A stretch of 63,530 nucleotides of DNA, filler included, from Reticulomyxa filosa (taxonomy: Eukaryota; Protista; Foraminifera), in assembly GCA_000512085.1 (NCBI GenBank). It is 20 parts of 20 records of this genome, joined end to end, with 100 filler letters (N's around TTAATTAATTAA, not from the genome) between each part and the next. Parts side by side here need not be neighbours in the genome. Positions count along the whole stretch, not along the records: positions 1 to 10,274 come from ASPP01007954.1; positions 10,375 to 11,752 come from ASPP01041471.1; 18 more parts are not named here. The stretch is one strand, 5' to 3'. Shown one piece after another: positions 1-11,752 of the stretch. The position numbers and the translations under genes were made by a program. Position 1 is the first letter of the stretch; the number at the start of each line of letters is the position of its first letter. Below the pieces are notes generated by a model. The model saw only the letters and a program-made list of their open reading frames with translations, made no database searches and was not told the DNA's origin.

Positions 1-39
1 TATATAAAGTTATACTCCTAATGTTATAAAAAAAAAAAG

Positions 40-1488
40 GAACAGAAGATATTGAACACAATCCATTTTATAAAACGTTCAATGGCTACTCGAAAGAAAG
101 TCGCAGGAAAACAAAAGAGTTTGTGAAAGGCTTTTACTACGGTGGACTAGTAGGAGACTCGATAGGTATTAACTTGGAGATGATCAGCACGTCCTTGAAC
201 TCAGACGCGGATCAGCAGGTAAAGACGGCAATAGAGATGAAGAAGAGCAAGCAGTATGAGCCGGGTCAAGTGACTGAGAAGACGCACATGGCCATGCACT
301 TGGCGCAAGGCCTGGTGCGCATGATCCAGTGGTTTGATCAAAAAAAGCTCAAAAATTATGTATCCATGGATCCGGTCATTTCCGAGTACAAAGACTGGTG
401 CAACCGCTTTCCGTCTGCCAAAGATAGTCTTTATGCTCATACCATTGCCGCGAAGAAATCCATTGATGATATCCGTCACCAGGCCTATCAAGTCAATGCA
501 AAAAACGAGCCCAAAGTCAGCTCCAAATCTTCCAAGAGCCCTACGAATGGCACTTTGACTAATGATTGTTTGCTTCGATGTGTACCATTAATTATCTATG
601 GTATGATTAAAAAGAATTATTTGCATTATCTATCTATATATATGTATAGATATGCAAATAATTTTGTTTGAATTTAAAAAAAAAAAAAAAGGAATTCGAT
701 TGCAACCTGATGAAACGTTCAATTTAATGCGTTTGGAAAACTCATTGACGCATGCCAATTTCAAAGTATACTATACCATGACGATGTATGCGCTGACCGT
801 GCAATACTTGATACGACAGCCGGCGAAAATGGAGCGAAACAGATTGGCCATTGAATTCGCACTCCAATTTCTCAAGAACAAGCAAATCCAAGCGAGAAAA
901 GACAATCCATCCACAACTTCGTCCATTAACGAAGTGGAGCGATGGCTCATGGACGCTGTCAAAGCTGCCGATGCAGACTTGGCCTCTGCAAAAGATGCGG
1001 CAGCCAAGAATAGTAATAATAATAACAATAACAATGCCAATGCAATTTTACCGTCGCCGTCGTTTGCTCGCGCCGCCGAATTTGGGGACCATATCCAAGT
1101 CGCTTTTCAAAGGGCTTTCTATCATTTGCAAAGAGGCGATCCTTTTGAGCTCGCCATCCAATCCACACTTCATGCAGGTGGTAATGTGTCCGGCAATTGT
1201 TGTGTGGTCGGGGCTCTGTTGGGAGCCTACTGGGGATTCTCTTCGTTGGACAAGTGGCACTCCAAAATTGGAGAGTGGGAGAGTGCGTCGTCTTCATCTT
1301 CATCGTCTTCGTCGTCCTCCAAATCTAGCGTACGCATCTTCCCCATCAAAAACTACTCCAAACTACTCGAGTTCTTATTCCATCGCGCTTTGAATCCCAA
1401 TCCTACAAAAATTAAACTAGAGGACAACAAGAAAAATCACTCCAACGAAGATGAATTTGTCTTGGTTCAGCCCTCTTCCTCGGATTGA
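40..1488 (+). CDS. ADP-ribosylglycohydrolase (ARH/DraG) fold protein, 5'-partial, probably catalytically inactive; exons 40-600 and 692-1488
   Basis: Motifs GGLVGDSIG, GQVT..T.MA, NDCLLRCVPL, LTH, GG....N.CVVGALLGAYWG. GT-AG intron 601-691 joins the two ORFs in frame. The frame is open back to an AG at 38-39. Confidence 0.8.
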
Positions 1489-2098
1489 TAAGTTCGATCA
1501 ACAAGTTAATGGGTCACAACTATTAAATTTTTTTCATATAAAAAAAAAAAGGAAAAAACGGTGTTTTATTTGTATCTGGTTTAGAAAAGAAGAAGGAAAA
1601 AATAGAGTGTAGAATGCAGAGTCGGAAAAATACTCACCCTTTTTTTTTTTTTCTATGAACGCTTCTGTGTGCGAGCGCGTTATTTTTGTTTTCTTATAAA
1701 ACTTGATTGATACAATTCATCCCAAAAAAAAAAATGGAGTGTATTTTTTCGTCGTCACTTAATCCCCATTCTTCGAGCAAATATTGGCTTTGTAATTTGT
1801 TGAAAGTGTCTAAAATCTGTTTTACTCACAAAACATCAATAACCTTGAAAAGAAGGAGGGTCAAGAAAAAGGACAAGTTGAATCATCACATCTTTGTGAT
1901 ACAAAACTCCTAGGCACTTTACTGTTTTTTGCTACTTCGAGACTATTTATATTTTAAAAAAATATGAAATTTACAAAAAAATTAAAACAAAATAGTAATC
2001 TGGAAAGTTAGTTTTCTTTTCGTTTCTTCTGGTAAAACAAAGCCTTGTCGCACAAAAAAAGGATAGGAAGTTCCAGATCAATCACAGCAAATATTTGA

Positions 2099-3163
2099 AT
2101 GGGTTCGCAGTGTAGTTGCTTTTGCAAAGAAAAATCAGCAAAAAACAAAAAAAAGGATAAATCTGGAAAGATAGATTTGCAGAATACTAGCTTTGAAGGC
2201 AAAAATAAGCAAGCAAAAGAGAAATTGAAGCAAAGCGAGTCAACGGAAAAGACGCCATTGAATAAAGATTACAACAAATCAACCAGTGGCTGGTCAGACA
2301 AAAAGTTGGAGCGTTTGAAAAAGAAAAGCCAAGAAAACGATCAAAACTTTTCTATTGAAACAGAAATGAGCACTGATAGTGATTCTTCGTTTTATCGCTT
2401 GGAAGGCGCGTCTCGCAATGGAAGTGTGGTTGCCACAACTAACGATCAAAAACTGAGTCTAGCCGCAATAAGTCATCCCGCCAATATAGCAACGCATGTT
2501 GCACTCAATCCTGTTGGAACTGTCGAACACACTCACTCCGATACTGCAAAACGAGAAAAGCATTTGGGCAGAGATATTGCTCCTAATAACGATGATGAGA
2601 CTAATATGCATCATCGAACATCAACTGCTTTATTAGAAGAAGCAATGCTAACGGACGATAGTTTTGCTTATCTTGTGTATTTATTTTTCTTTTTTTGTTG
2701 CACATCAACTAAACTCCATTATTTGTGCACAACAGTATTGCAGACTAATAACGAACAAAACGGAGCCATCACAGGCTATACTGGTGATAATGCCTTCCAA
2801 CTGAGAAACAATTCATTTGCTATCCCTGGCAAGTTTTTCTTTTTCTCTTCTATCTGTCTTGAATATATGCACTTATATATAGCTCTTTGGGATATACTTA
2901 CATATATCCGTTTTTGTGGCTTTGTAGAAGAACAAGATTACGGCTATCAGCAATCACTTGCGACTGCCAAAAATGGAGTGAATACTGGTTCCTTTAGTGA
3001 AAGCGGTTATAAGGGATCATTTGACCACAACCCCGAAATGCTAATAGATTCGCGCAATGTTACTGCCACACGGCAATATCGTCATCGTCCACAATCGCAT
3101 CAAAAAACTCAGATTGTGGCTTCGACAATTGCCGCCACTGAATCACGCTCATCGAGACAGTAA
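2099..3163 (+). CDS. Unknown protein with N-terminal myristoylation/palmitoylation-like motif; probably two in-frame introns (2661-2735, 2829-2927)
   Basis: Starts MGSQCSCFC followed by a Lys-rich patch. Two Phe/Tyr-rich stretches within the ORF have intron composition and lengths of 75 and 99 nt. Confidence 0.6.
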   Translation: MGSQCSCFCKEKSAKNKKKDKSGKIDLQNTSFEGKNKQAKEKLKQSESTEKTPLNKDYNKSTSGWSDKKLERLKKKSQENDQNFSIETEMSTDSDSSFYRLEGASRNGSVVATTNDQKLSLAAISHPANIATHVALNPVGTVEHTHSDTAKREKHLGRDIAPNNDDETNMHHRTSTALLEEAMLTDDSFAYLVYLFFFFCCTSTKLHYLCTTVLQTNNEQNGAITGYTGDNAFQLRNNSFAIPGKFFFFSSICLEYMHLYIALWDILTYIRFCGFVEEQDYGYQQSLATAKNGVNTGSFSESGYKGSFDHNPEMLIDSRNVTATRQYRHRPQSHQKTQIVASTIAATESRSSRQ

Positions 3164-3718
3164 TTCCAAGCATTTACATTTGTGAGCGCTTCGGTACACA
3201 GCACAATAATTACTTATATTGGAGTTGGATGGAATGTTTTAAAAATACGGCATGTCATCAAAAGGCACTTGTCTGTGTTGAGTAACTTGCTTCAATTCTT
3301 CTTCCTCTTTGTGTGAGGCTGAAAAGTGTTTATTAAAAAAAATTTAGGCGTGTTATTCATTTGATTAAACAGCCGAAATACATTTTTTTTCAAAATTTAA
3401 AAAGGTGTTTTGGGTGAGCCGTGTTTTTTCTTTTTTTTTTTAAGCTCAAATTAATTAGTTCATCGTGTTGAATCATTGAAAAATTATATGCTTAAAAATT
3501 CTTCCTTATCCATATGTTATTCAAAATGGATAGGGTCAGTTGGAAGCAAAAATATTTCAACAGTTCTTAACACTATAAGAGGATAACAACGATTTTCAAT
3601 AAACATTATTTTTGAGGTTTAGGATTTTACGTGATTGGCAATGTGAAATAACCAAAGTGACTCAATTATTAAGAAAAAAGAGAATATTTTGACAAAACAA
3701 AAACAGAAAAAATGGATA

Positions 3719-6700
3719 TCATGTATAACTGTACACTTTCATAACAGGTGGAGAAGGTTCTTTAGCAAGAACTTGTGTCATGGCCACAACATGTTTACGA
3801 TCACACAAAAATGTAGCAAATACATAGCCACCGTCTTTTTCTTTACAAGTGAATTTGAAGAGTTCCTTTCCAGAGGCTAAATCAAATATTTTACAGCGTG
3901 GCACTTGTCTGCGTGTTACTATTGCCATGCCAAATCGGCAGTCAATGCCTTTGATATGCTCCGTGTCAGTATCTGTAAATTTCACAGGTTCTGTCATTTC
4001 TCCACTCTCTTGCGCAGATTTGCTTGAGAATACACGCAGTTTGCGATTCCCAGTAGCAACATGCGCGCCATCAACACTAACAGCTATACACCAAAATGGG
4101 TACTGTGTATCCTCTGCTACGCTTTGGCCTTTGTATTCTGGTAAACCATCACTACAAAGATTCAAATTTACACACGGAACAATGCGGCATTTTTTTTGTG
4201 GTTAAAAACAAAAATTTATCAACTCAAAAAAAAATCTTACTAAACTCGTTTTCGTCCCTTTTGACATCGTCCGATTTAATATTTTTGGCGCTTGGTCTTT
4301 TACCGGACATTTGTGGTTTGTGAGGACTTGCCGAGGTCTCACGCATGGACGTGCGTCGTGAAGGAGGTTTTCCTTGAGATTTGACTCGTACATGTAATTT
4401 ATTGCCAGAAGAGCTATTTGAGTCCAGAATGTCTCTCATCACTTCATTGATTGGTATGACGGCACTAAAGTCAACATCCAACTCGACGAGAGATAAGTCG
4501 AATGCGCACAAATGTTGGTCATGCGATACCGAATACAACCTTACATGTACGTTTTGATACAGACAAAAAAAAAACATTTCCAACAAGAGCGAGGGGGGGA
4601 AAAAAAATGTATATACATATACGTATATATATGTATATAATCTCAAACCATCCATTTTCTCCACAACCAACACCATAAATGACATCTTTGTGATGTTGTA
4701 TTTTGCCGATTAGTTGCTCTCTCTCAGTGTTGAAACACCAAACGATGCCATTGACATCTCCAGCAAACAGCAATTGACTGTAGTGTCCATTCGAACCCTT
4801 GGTATCCATTCCAAAACATACCGAGCGAACCCCGGCGAAGCGGACAGTTGGACGACTGCGGAACGCATGGACGACATATCCTTCTGTCGCGTCATTATTC
4901 ACACTCCATATCACCACATACCCGTCTGGGGTATCACAATAATTTGTCCCTGCTGCCAAGTATTTGCCACAAGGGGAAAAACACAATGCCTGCACTTTGC
5001 TGTCGACATTGGATCGCGCATAAGGCTCACAGCTCTTTGTGTTGGCTTTCTTTGGAGACTTGTTCTCGGAATGTTCCGCAGGCGTCGCTGTCGTCAGCGC
5101 CGCGGAACCTGGCAATGTCACTTCCAGTGGCGTTGGCAGCTCCGTGCTATTCTCGTTGCCTGAATCCGGTGCGTCGGTATGTACTTGCCACAAGCGTATT
5201 GTCTTATCTGTCGCACTGGTGGCAACAATGAGCCGAGTCGGCGAGGTACTCATTGCCAATATTTCACCTTTGTGTGCTTTAATAGATAACACCCATTGTT
5301 TATTTATTACGTATGTCTTAATTATATAGTATATAATTATGTTATTGATTGTCGTGAGAACAAAAATCAAAACTGCTGCTGTCAGGCAAAAACTTGGCAG
5401 CTTTTTTGATAAGATCATTCATATCAGTAAGCAATTGCTTGTTTTCGGTGGTAAGATTTTCGATAACGGCTTCGATGCGAGTTAGTTTATTTTGCAATTG
5501 TTTGACTTGTTCTTTCAGCCGTGGATTTTCAACAAACACGTCATTCATTTCACTTCCGACCATGGTTGTCTGAACTTCTTTATCTTCGCGTGGACGGTTA
5601 ATAATCGCCTGCCATCTTTCATTTGCCTGTTGCAATTCCAATTTCACATTCTGCAAGTCAGATTGTATATTTTTATGTTGGGTCGACAGGTCATCAATTT
5701 CGACATTTTTCGATTGAGTGACTTTTTCACTTTCAAACTTCAACGTTTCCATCTTCGTTTCCATTTGCTTTTTTTCTTCTTTCGTTTCCATTGCGAATTT
5801 TTCTTGTTCCAATTGCAACTGTTTTATTTTCTCTTCTTTCTCTGTACTATTTTGTTCCAATCGTATTATACTTGAGCTCAACTGTGATCAAGTTCAACCA
5901 ATCAAAAAACAAGCTAAGTGTAAACAGAAAAAAAAAAAAAAAAAAAAAAAGAATACTGCCGTACTATCACATACAAACGAAAGCAAAACAAAACAGATTC
6001 ATTTTGTTCTTTGTATTGATGAAGTTGCGATTCCAAGTGGGTTTTTTGCGTTTCAAAATCTTGAAGGTTTCTCTCTGTTGTTTGTTGCATTTGATTTAAT
6101 CGTTCTTGCAATTCTTCGATTGTTTTTTGCTTTGACTTCAACTCATCTTCCAACGCTTGCAATTTTTTCATTTGCTATTGTTATCCAGGGTTTCAAATTT
6201 GGATTGAAAGAGAGACATACATTAGAACAAAGTCTGAACCTTTTTTGTTGGTTGTTTTTTTTTTTTTTTTTGAGTGCCGGGCTATACCTCATCAATGCTA
6301 TCATTTCGATTGGACAGTTGATTTTTGAGTTGTTCGTTTTCTGCTTTTAGTTTTGCGATTTCTCTGTTCAACTCATCTATCGTGGTCTTGTGGTTAGCGC
6401 AGTGATCTTCCAATTCCGCCACTTTATTTTCCAACTGTATTTAAGCACGTACCACACATGGTAATAGTAGGAGAGGGAAAGGGGAGATGGTAAATGAACG
6501 TTTGTCCCTTTCCCCTCCTTCTCTCCTCCCTTCTCCTCCATAACATTTTGCAACGTATACAACAGAAATAAACGAGCAAACTTGGAGTTTTGTGCCTTTC
6601 AGCGAATCAATCACATCTGACATGCTTTCCAGTTTGTTTTCGTACTCTGCTTTCGCAGAAGCAAACTGCAGCTTCATTTCGTCCGTGTTGTGGTTCAGTT

Positions 6701-7762
6701 CCTCCATATTTTTTTGTTGATCGGTATACTTTTTGTTGTAGTTCTCCACGTCTTGCTCCAACTGTCGTTTCAGTTGAAATTGGGAAACAAAACACAATAA
6801 CAACAAGTATATGAATTAGGTTCATGACATAATAAAACTTGCATGTACTATCATTTACATGCTGATTTTTATTTTTTATTTTTTATTTTTTGAACGGGAA
6901 AAAAGAGAGTGTGATGTGTAATGGACAAATTCAAAAATTGGACGCAAGTTATACAAACCTTGATTTTATGTTGTTGCAATTGGCTAACATCAAACTCCAA
7001 CTGAGCGACTTGCTTTTCGTAAGCCACTTTTTGGTCGGACATGCCTTCTTTCAAATCGTTCACATGTTTATTTAAATTTTCAATTGTATGTTTTTGATCT
7101 TGATATCGTTTCTCTGACTCGTTGATTTTGTCATTCAACTAGTTCAAATGTATTCAACAACAACACAATAAAAATCGACTTTAATTTTCTCTCTTCCCCC
7201 CCCCCCTCTCCCCTTTTTATATTGATATATAAACTCGATCGATCATTTGCTTGTCTGCGCCAGTAGTTTTTGTCATAATGCGTTCCATATTTTGTAATTC
7301 TTTGGCCAATTGAGTTTTCTCGTCGCTCAAAGTTTCCAATCGTCCGGACAAATCCTTTACGTTTCCATTGGTCTCTTTGACCTGCTTTTTCAAAGCAACG
7401 TTTTCGTCTTTGAGAGGTTCCATCGACTCATGCAATTTCCTCAGCTCCAGCACTTGTTGTTCGGACGACGCTTTCAATCCGTCTCTCTCTTTTGTCAACT
7501 CGTTGAGAATCTCCTCTTTCTCACTCAGCTATTTGGTATGTCCACATCACCCACACAACTCGCGTCGTTACCCTTTTCGCTCCTCACGACTTCAAAGCAG
7601 AACGTAACTTGGATGGTCAACTTTTGAATGGCTTGCAGCGCGGCATCCAAGGCCTCGGCCATGTTGTCCGTGTTCGAAAGATCGATACCCAACAGCTTCA
7701 GACGAGCACTCACCATTTTTTGAACTTTCAATAGTTTTCCACGAATCTGTTATTATCATTGA

Positions 7763-7794
<32 letters not shown>

Positions 7795-8099
7795 TTTTTT
7801 TTGAAATTATTTATCATTTATGCGCTTGTATAAAATAATAGCCATTCATTTGCTCAAAACTTCATTTTTTTCTTGATTTGCTTTGATCCTCTTCTGTCGC
7901 TCATCATACATAGATTTTGTACGCTCATTGGTTTTTTGTTCCAATTCTGCTAATCGACGCGTCATCTGCCGATGCTCCACCGTTACCTGTTCCCACGCAT
8001 TGATATACGTATACGTACATTTATCACATACATATATTGTACAATAAATTATATGTATGTACGATACTAGGTATATACATACACATATATAGTCTTTCG

Positions 8100-8130
<31 letters not shown>

Positions 8131-9023
8131 GAGTGATCAGAGCATGCCGGATGAGATCACACACACACATATTGCACATTGCAGTGATATACACACATAA
8201 CAAACCGTTTTCAAAGTTTTTTCTTTTTCTCCCAGTCTTGCTTCCAAGTTTTCGAATTTGGATTTGCAACTTTCTTTCCCTTTCTGTCAAACCCTTTTTT
8301 TTTTTTTTTTTTTTGTTCATTTGTTTGTTTGTGCCTTCGACTATCGACGTTCTTTACCAAAAGGGTATTAAAATCTTTTTCAGTGTTCCCCCCCTCCTCC
8401 TCTTCCTCCCTTTGCCATAATCGATACCCTTATACTCAACTTGTTTTGCACTTTGCGGCTCAGTCCCAAAGTTTGGCGCGGTGGAAAAGCCAACGATTTC
8501 GGCGACGTTGACATTGCGCTCGCTGGTGGTGCGTCGATGCGGCATCGATCTGCCGGGACTTCGAGCTGAGCGGTCTCGCTTTTCGCTATTGACGATAGCA
8601 GTCAACTTCAGATGGTTGTTGGATCCGCCACTGCTATTGCTTAAACGTCGCGGGTCGTTTCGCTGAAGAGGACGAGGCCGTTGTTTCGTCCGCTGCCACT
8701 TCGTTGTCTTCCGTCTCTTTCCTCTCGTTGTCGTCATTGTTGTCCACTTCTTCACTTATTGTCACTTTCATCGTTATATCTTCTTCATGCGTCTGCTCTG
8801 TATCGTCTTGATTGTTCTGGGTGGATCCACCGTTCGTGTGATCCTCTCCGCTGCTATCACGAGCGTCCATTTCATCGTCCAGCGGACCCAGTACTGTCGA
8901 CTGGGATAACAGAGAGCCTGACGCGTCATCTGGCGAGGCCGCATCATCTGGCGAGGCCGCATCATCTGGCGATAAAAAATCGCGTTTGCTTGCTCTTCTT
9001 GATGGAGGCTGACTATGGCTCAT
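3719..9023 (-). CDS. Multi-exon protein: acidic/low-complexity N-terminus, long coiled coil, C-terminal WD40 repeats
   Basis: Chain of minus-strand ORFs (E/K/Q-rich coiled coil 5340-8000; WD40 motifs KAHKGEILAM..SATDKTIRLW, HHKDVIY..SVSHDQHL) joined by GT-AG introns such as 4152-4245, 4540-4648 and 7987-8206. Confidence 0.75.
8923..8972. repeat. 18-bp coding tandem repeat x~2.8 (encodes SPDDAA)
   Basis: gcatcatctggcgaggcc units at 8923, 8941 and 8959 (last one partial). Confidence 0.9.
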
Positions 9024-9349
9024 ATTTTATTTAATTTTTTTTATTAATACCTTTCTGTCCCTCCCTTTTCTTTTTTTCTCAAGTTGCATTTTCAAAAAAA
9101 AAAATCGAGTAATATAAAAATTTTTTACAAATTGTTTATTTATTATTTTTGTATGATTTAAAATATCAAAATCAGTTTTAAATCGACATCCAACCAAAAA
9201 ATGCAAACAAATGGAAGAAAAAAAAGGTGAAATAGCTTACTTTATTTTTATAGTAATAACAAATTTTTAAAAAAAAATGTTGTGAGTTGATGGTTTTAAT
9301 TTTCCATCGTTGAATGGATGACTTGCACAAATCAATCAAAGCCTGTTGC

Positions 9350-10240
9350 CTACATTGTGTTACCCCACAATCGAATGGTATTATTGGAGCACCCAACGAT
9401 CCTTTCACCATCCCATGACATGTCCAATTTTGCAACACACCAATCTTTAACACGAAGACCACCAACCTCTTGTCCAGAGTCCACATGCCAAAACCGGATC
9501 ATATCTTCCCACGAGGATGAAACAATAGTTTTTCCATTGGGCGTAAAGATGATATCATTGACCCTGGACTTGTGTCCAACCAATGTTCTCAGTTCACGTT
9601 TGGTTGCCACATCCCAAATGCGTATGGTTTTGTCATAAGATGCAGACACTACAAGGCTGCCATCAAGAGAAAACTGTGCCCTGCATACATAATCAGAATG
9701 TCCAATCAAATGGGCCAGCCTTTTTCCAGATTTGATATCCCATATTCCAAGTGTTTTATCAAAAGAAGCAGAAACAAGAGTGTGGCCATCGGGTGAAAAT
9801 TTCACATCCATGATAGTGCGTGCATGTCCTTGAAAGATGTAGAGCTGCTTTCCAGTTCTCACATCCCACAAGCGAATAGTTTTGTCTTGTGAGCAGGACA
9901 CCAGACAAGTTCCATCTGGTGAAAACTGCACACTTGTGACAATACCGGAATGTCCTTTAAATATTTGTACCTCCTCTTCAGAGTCCACATCCCACACTCG
10001 AATTGTTCTATCATCTGAACAAGACACAAGCATTGTGCCATCTGGTGACAATTCGGCATAATTCACTGTCCCGGTATGTCCTCGGAATACACGTATTTCT
10101 TTTTCCAACATTGTGTCCCACAATTTTATCTCTTGATCAGCCCCAGATGATATTATTATATTGCCATCTGCCGAAAATTTTACACTTGTTACTTGACGCC
10201 CGTGACTGTGTATCTCTTTAATCAGTGTCAACTCTTTCAA
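9350..10240 (-). CDS. WD40-repeat protein (7 regular repeats), 5'-partial
   Basis: Repeated GH...V....FSPDG..LVS.S.D.TIR.WD units. Confidence 0.92.
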   Translation of the reverse strand: MKELTLIKEIHSHGRQVTSVKFSADGNIIISSGADQEIKLWDTMLEKEIRVFRGHTGTVNYAELSPDGTMLVSCSDDRTIRVWDVDSEEEVQIFKGHSGIVTSVQFSPDGTCLVSCSQDKTIRLWDVRTGKQLYIFQGHARTIMDVKFSPDGHTLVSASFDKTLGIWDIKSGKRLAHLIGHSDYVCRAQFSLDGSLVVSASYDKTIRIWDVATKRELRTLVGHKSRVNDIIFTPNGKTIVSSSWEDMIRFWHVDSGQEVGGLRVKDWCVAKLDMSWDGERIVGCSNNTIRLWGNTM

Positions 10241-10274
10241 CTAGGGAAATCCATTTGTTTTATTTGTTTTTTCA

Positions 10275-10374
10275 NNNNNNNNNNNNNNNNNNNNNNNNNN
10301 NNNNNNNNNNNNNNNNNNTTAATTAATTAANNNNNNNNNNNNNNNNNNNNNNNNNNNNNNNNNNNNNNNNNNNN
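10275..10374. other. Artificial assembly linker N44-TTAATTAATTAA-N44 (first of 19)
   Basis: Identical 100-bp spacers with stops in all six frames start at 10275, 11753, 15535, 19392, 22738, 23838, 27990, 29360, 31233, 33066, 39239, 42964, 48637, 51020, 52681, 54140, 56650, 58072 and 61986. Confidence 0.98.
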
Positions 10375-11717
10375 TTTGAACTCCCAAGAACACAAAATGG
10401 CAAAGATCAATCATCAAAATTCTATTTCAAGGTATACATTTTATTTTTATCATGTTTTTAGTTTTTGTAATATGTAACAATGTGGACATAGATATTTTCA
10501 TTGTACAGTGGTTTGCTTCAGATTTGTATTGAAAAAAAAGAAATATGAAGAGGAAGAAGAAAAATACATTAAGGGAAAGGGAAAAAATGACAATCAATGA
10601 TATTTTAAATATATGGATTAATGTAAGAAATATCACAAGCGCTAATGGATCATGCAAGATGAACTTATCGGATTAAGCAAGTGGACAGTGCAAATAAAGA
10701 GAATCGATGCAATTAATCACTAAAAGGTGTTGGCATATGTCACCAAAATTATGAGTTGTTATGGGTGCTATTAATGGAAATGAATCGAAGTTACAATGGA
10801 TATTGTGTGATTCAATTACACAACATCCAGATTAACACACAATTTTTACTCAAATCATCATATTCATAATTGATCAACTATCCGTCGTTATCATTCAAAT
10901 GTATTTGCGATTATGTATATGTGGCTCCCGATGTCGACACACCAAAAACGCATGGAGACATTTCCGATGTGGAATTGGTATGATCTTCGTGTTGATTTGG
11001 TGAGAGATATCGAAGCTTTGGTATGTCGCAATTGGATTCAAAATAACATTGGCTATTGTTGTCAAGGAAGATTGGAAGTAAATGATTGGATTGAACGACT
11101 TGAAAAGAAAATTGAAGTTAAACAAACATTGATTACCTTTGTCTTTCTTTTAAAGCAGCTTGAATTAAGTTGTTTGTTGTCTTTGTATTTACAGCAACTG
11201 GGATGTGTCAAGTCCACTAGTGGTTAGAATATGGAGCTTCAAACGAAGAAGGGGACGCACAGAAGTGCAGAAGCAAGGACTACTATTTTGATTAGAACGG
11301 AGGTATCACAAAAACCACCAAAAAAAATTTGATGTGCAAGCGATATGCCAAAGGTAATATTATTGTGACCCTCCCATAAATAAATAGCATCCAACAATGG
11401 CGAATAGTGTCAATGCGATAGACACATGAAGGTGTTGGATCGTGAAACCATATCGGTCCGTTTACAATATCGAGAGTATCAAAATATAAATTGGTGGATC
11501 TTTTCCAAAGATGGCATGCAAGTCAAGAAAGATATTAGACGTCCTTTGCACAATGCACAAACACTCAATATCGTATCTCTTCCTTGTTGCAATACATGCG
11601 CTCGTAAGGATCACTCCGTCTCGCAAATGCATGAACAGCCGTGCCATCGTAAATACAAGTACGACCCATCATTCCGTGTTGGTCCCCCTTGCCTAGGGAC
11701 AAAGCGATGACTCAACA

Positions 11718-11752
11718 CATTAAATACAATGACCAAGTCATTGTATTTAATG
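11718..11752. repeat. Perfect 16-bp inverted repeat with 3-nt loop at a contig end
   Basis: CATTAAATACAATGAC-caa-GTCATTGTATTTAATG. Confidence 0.95.
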
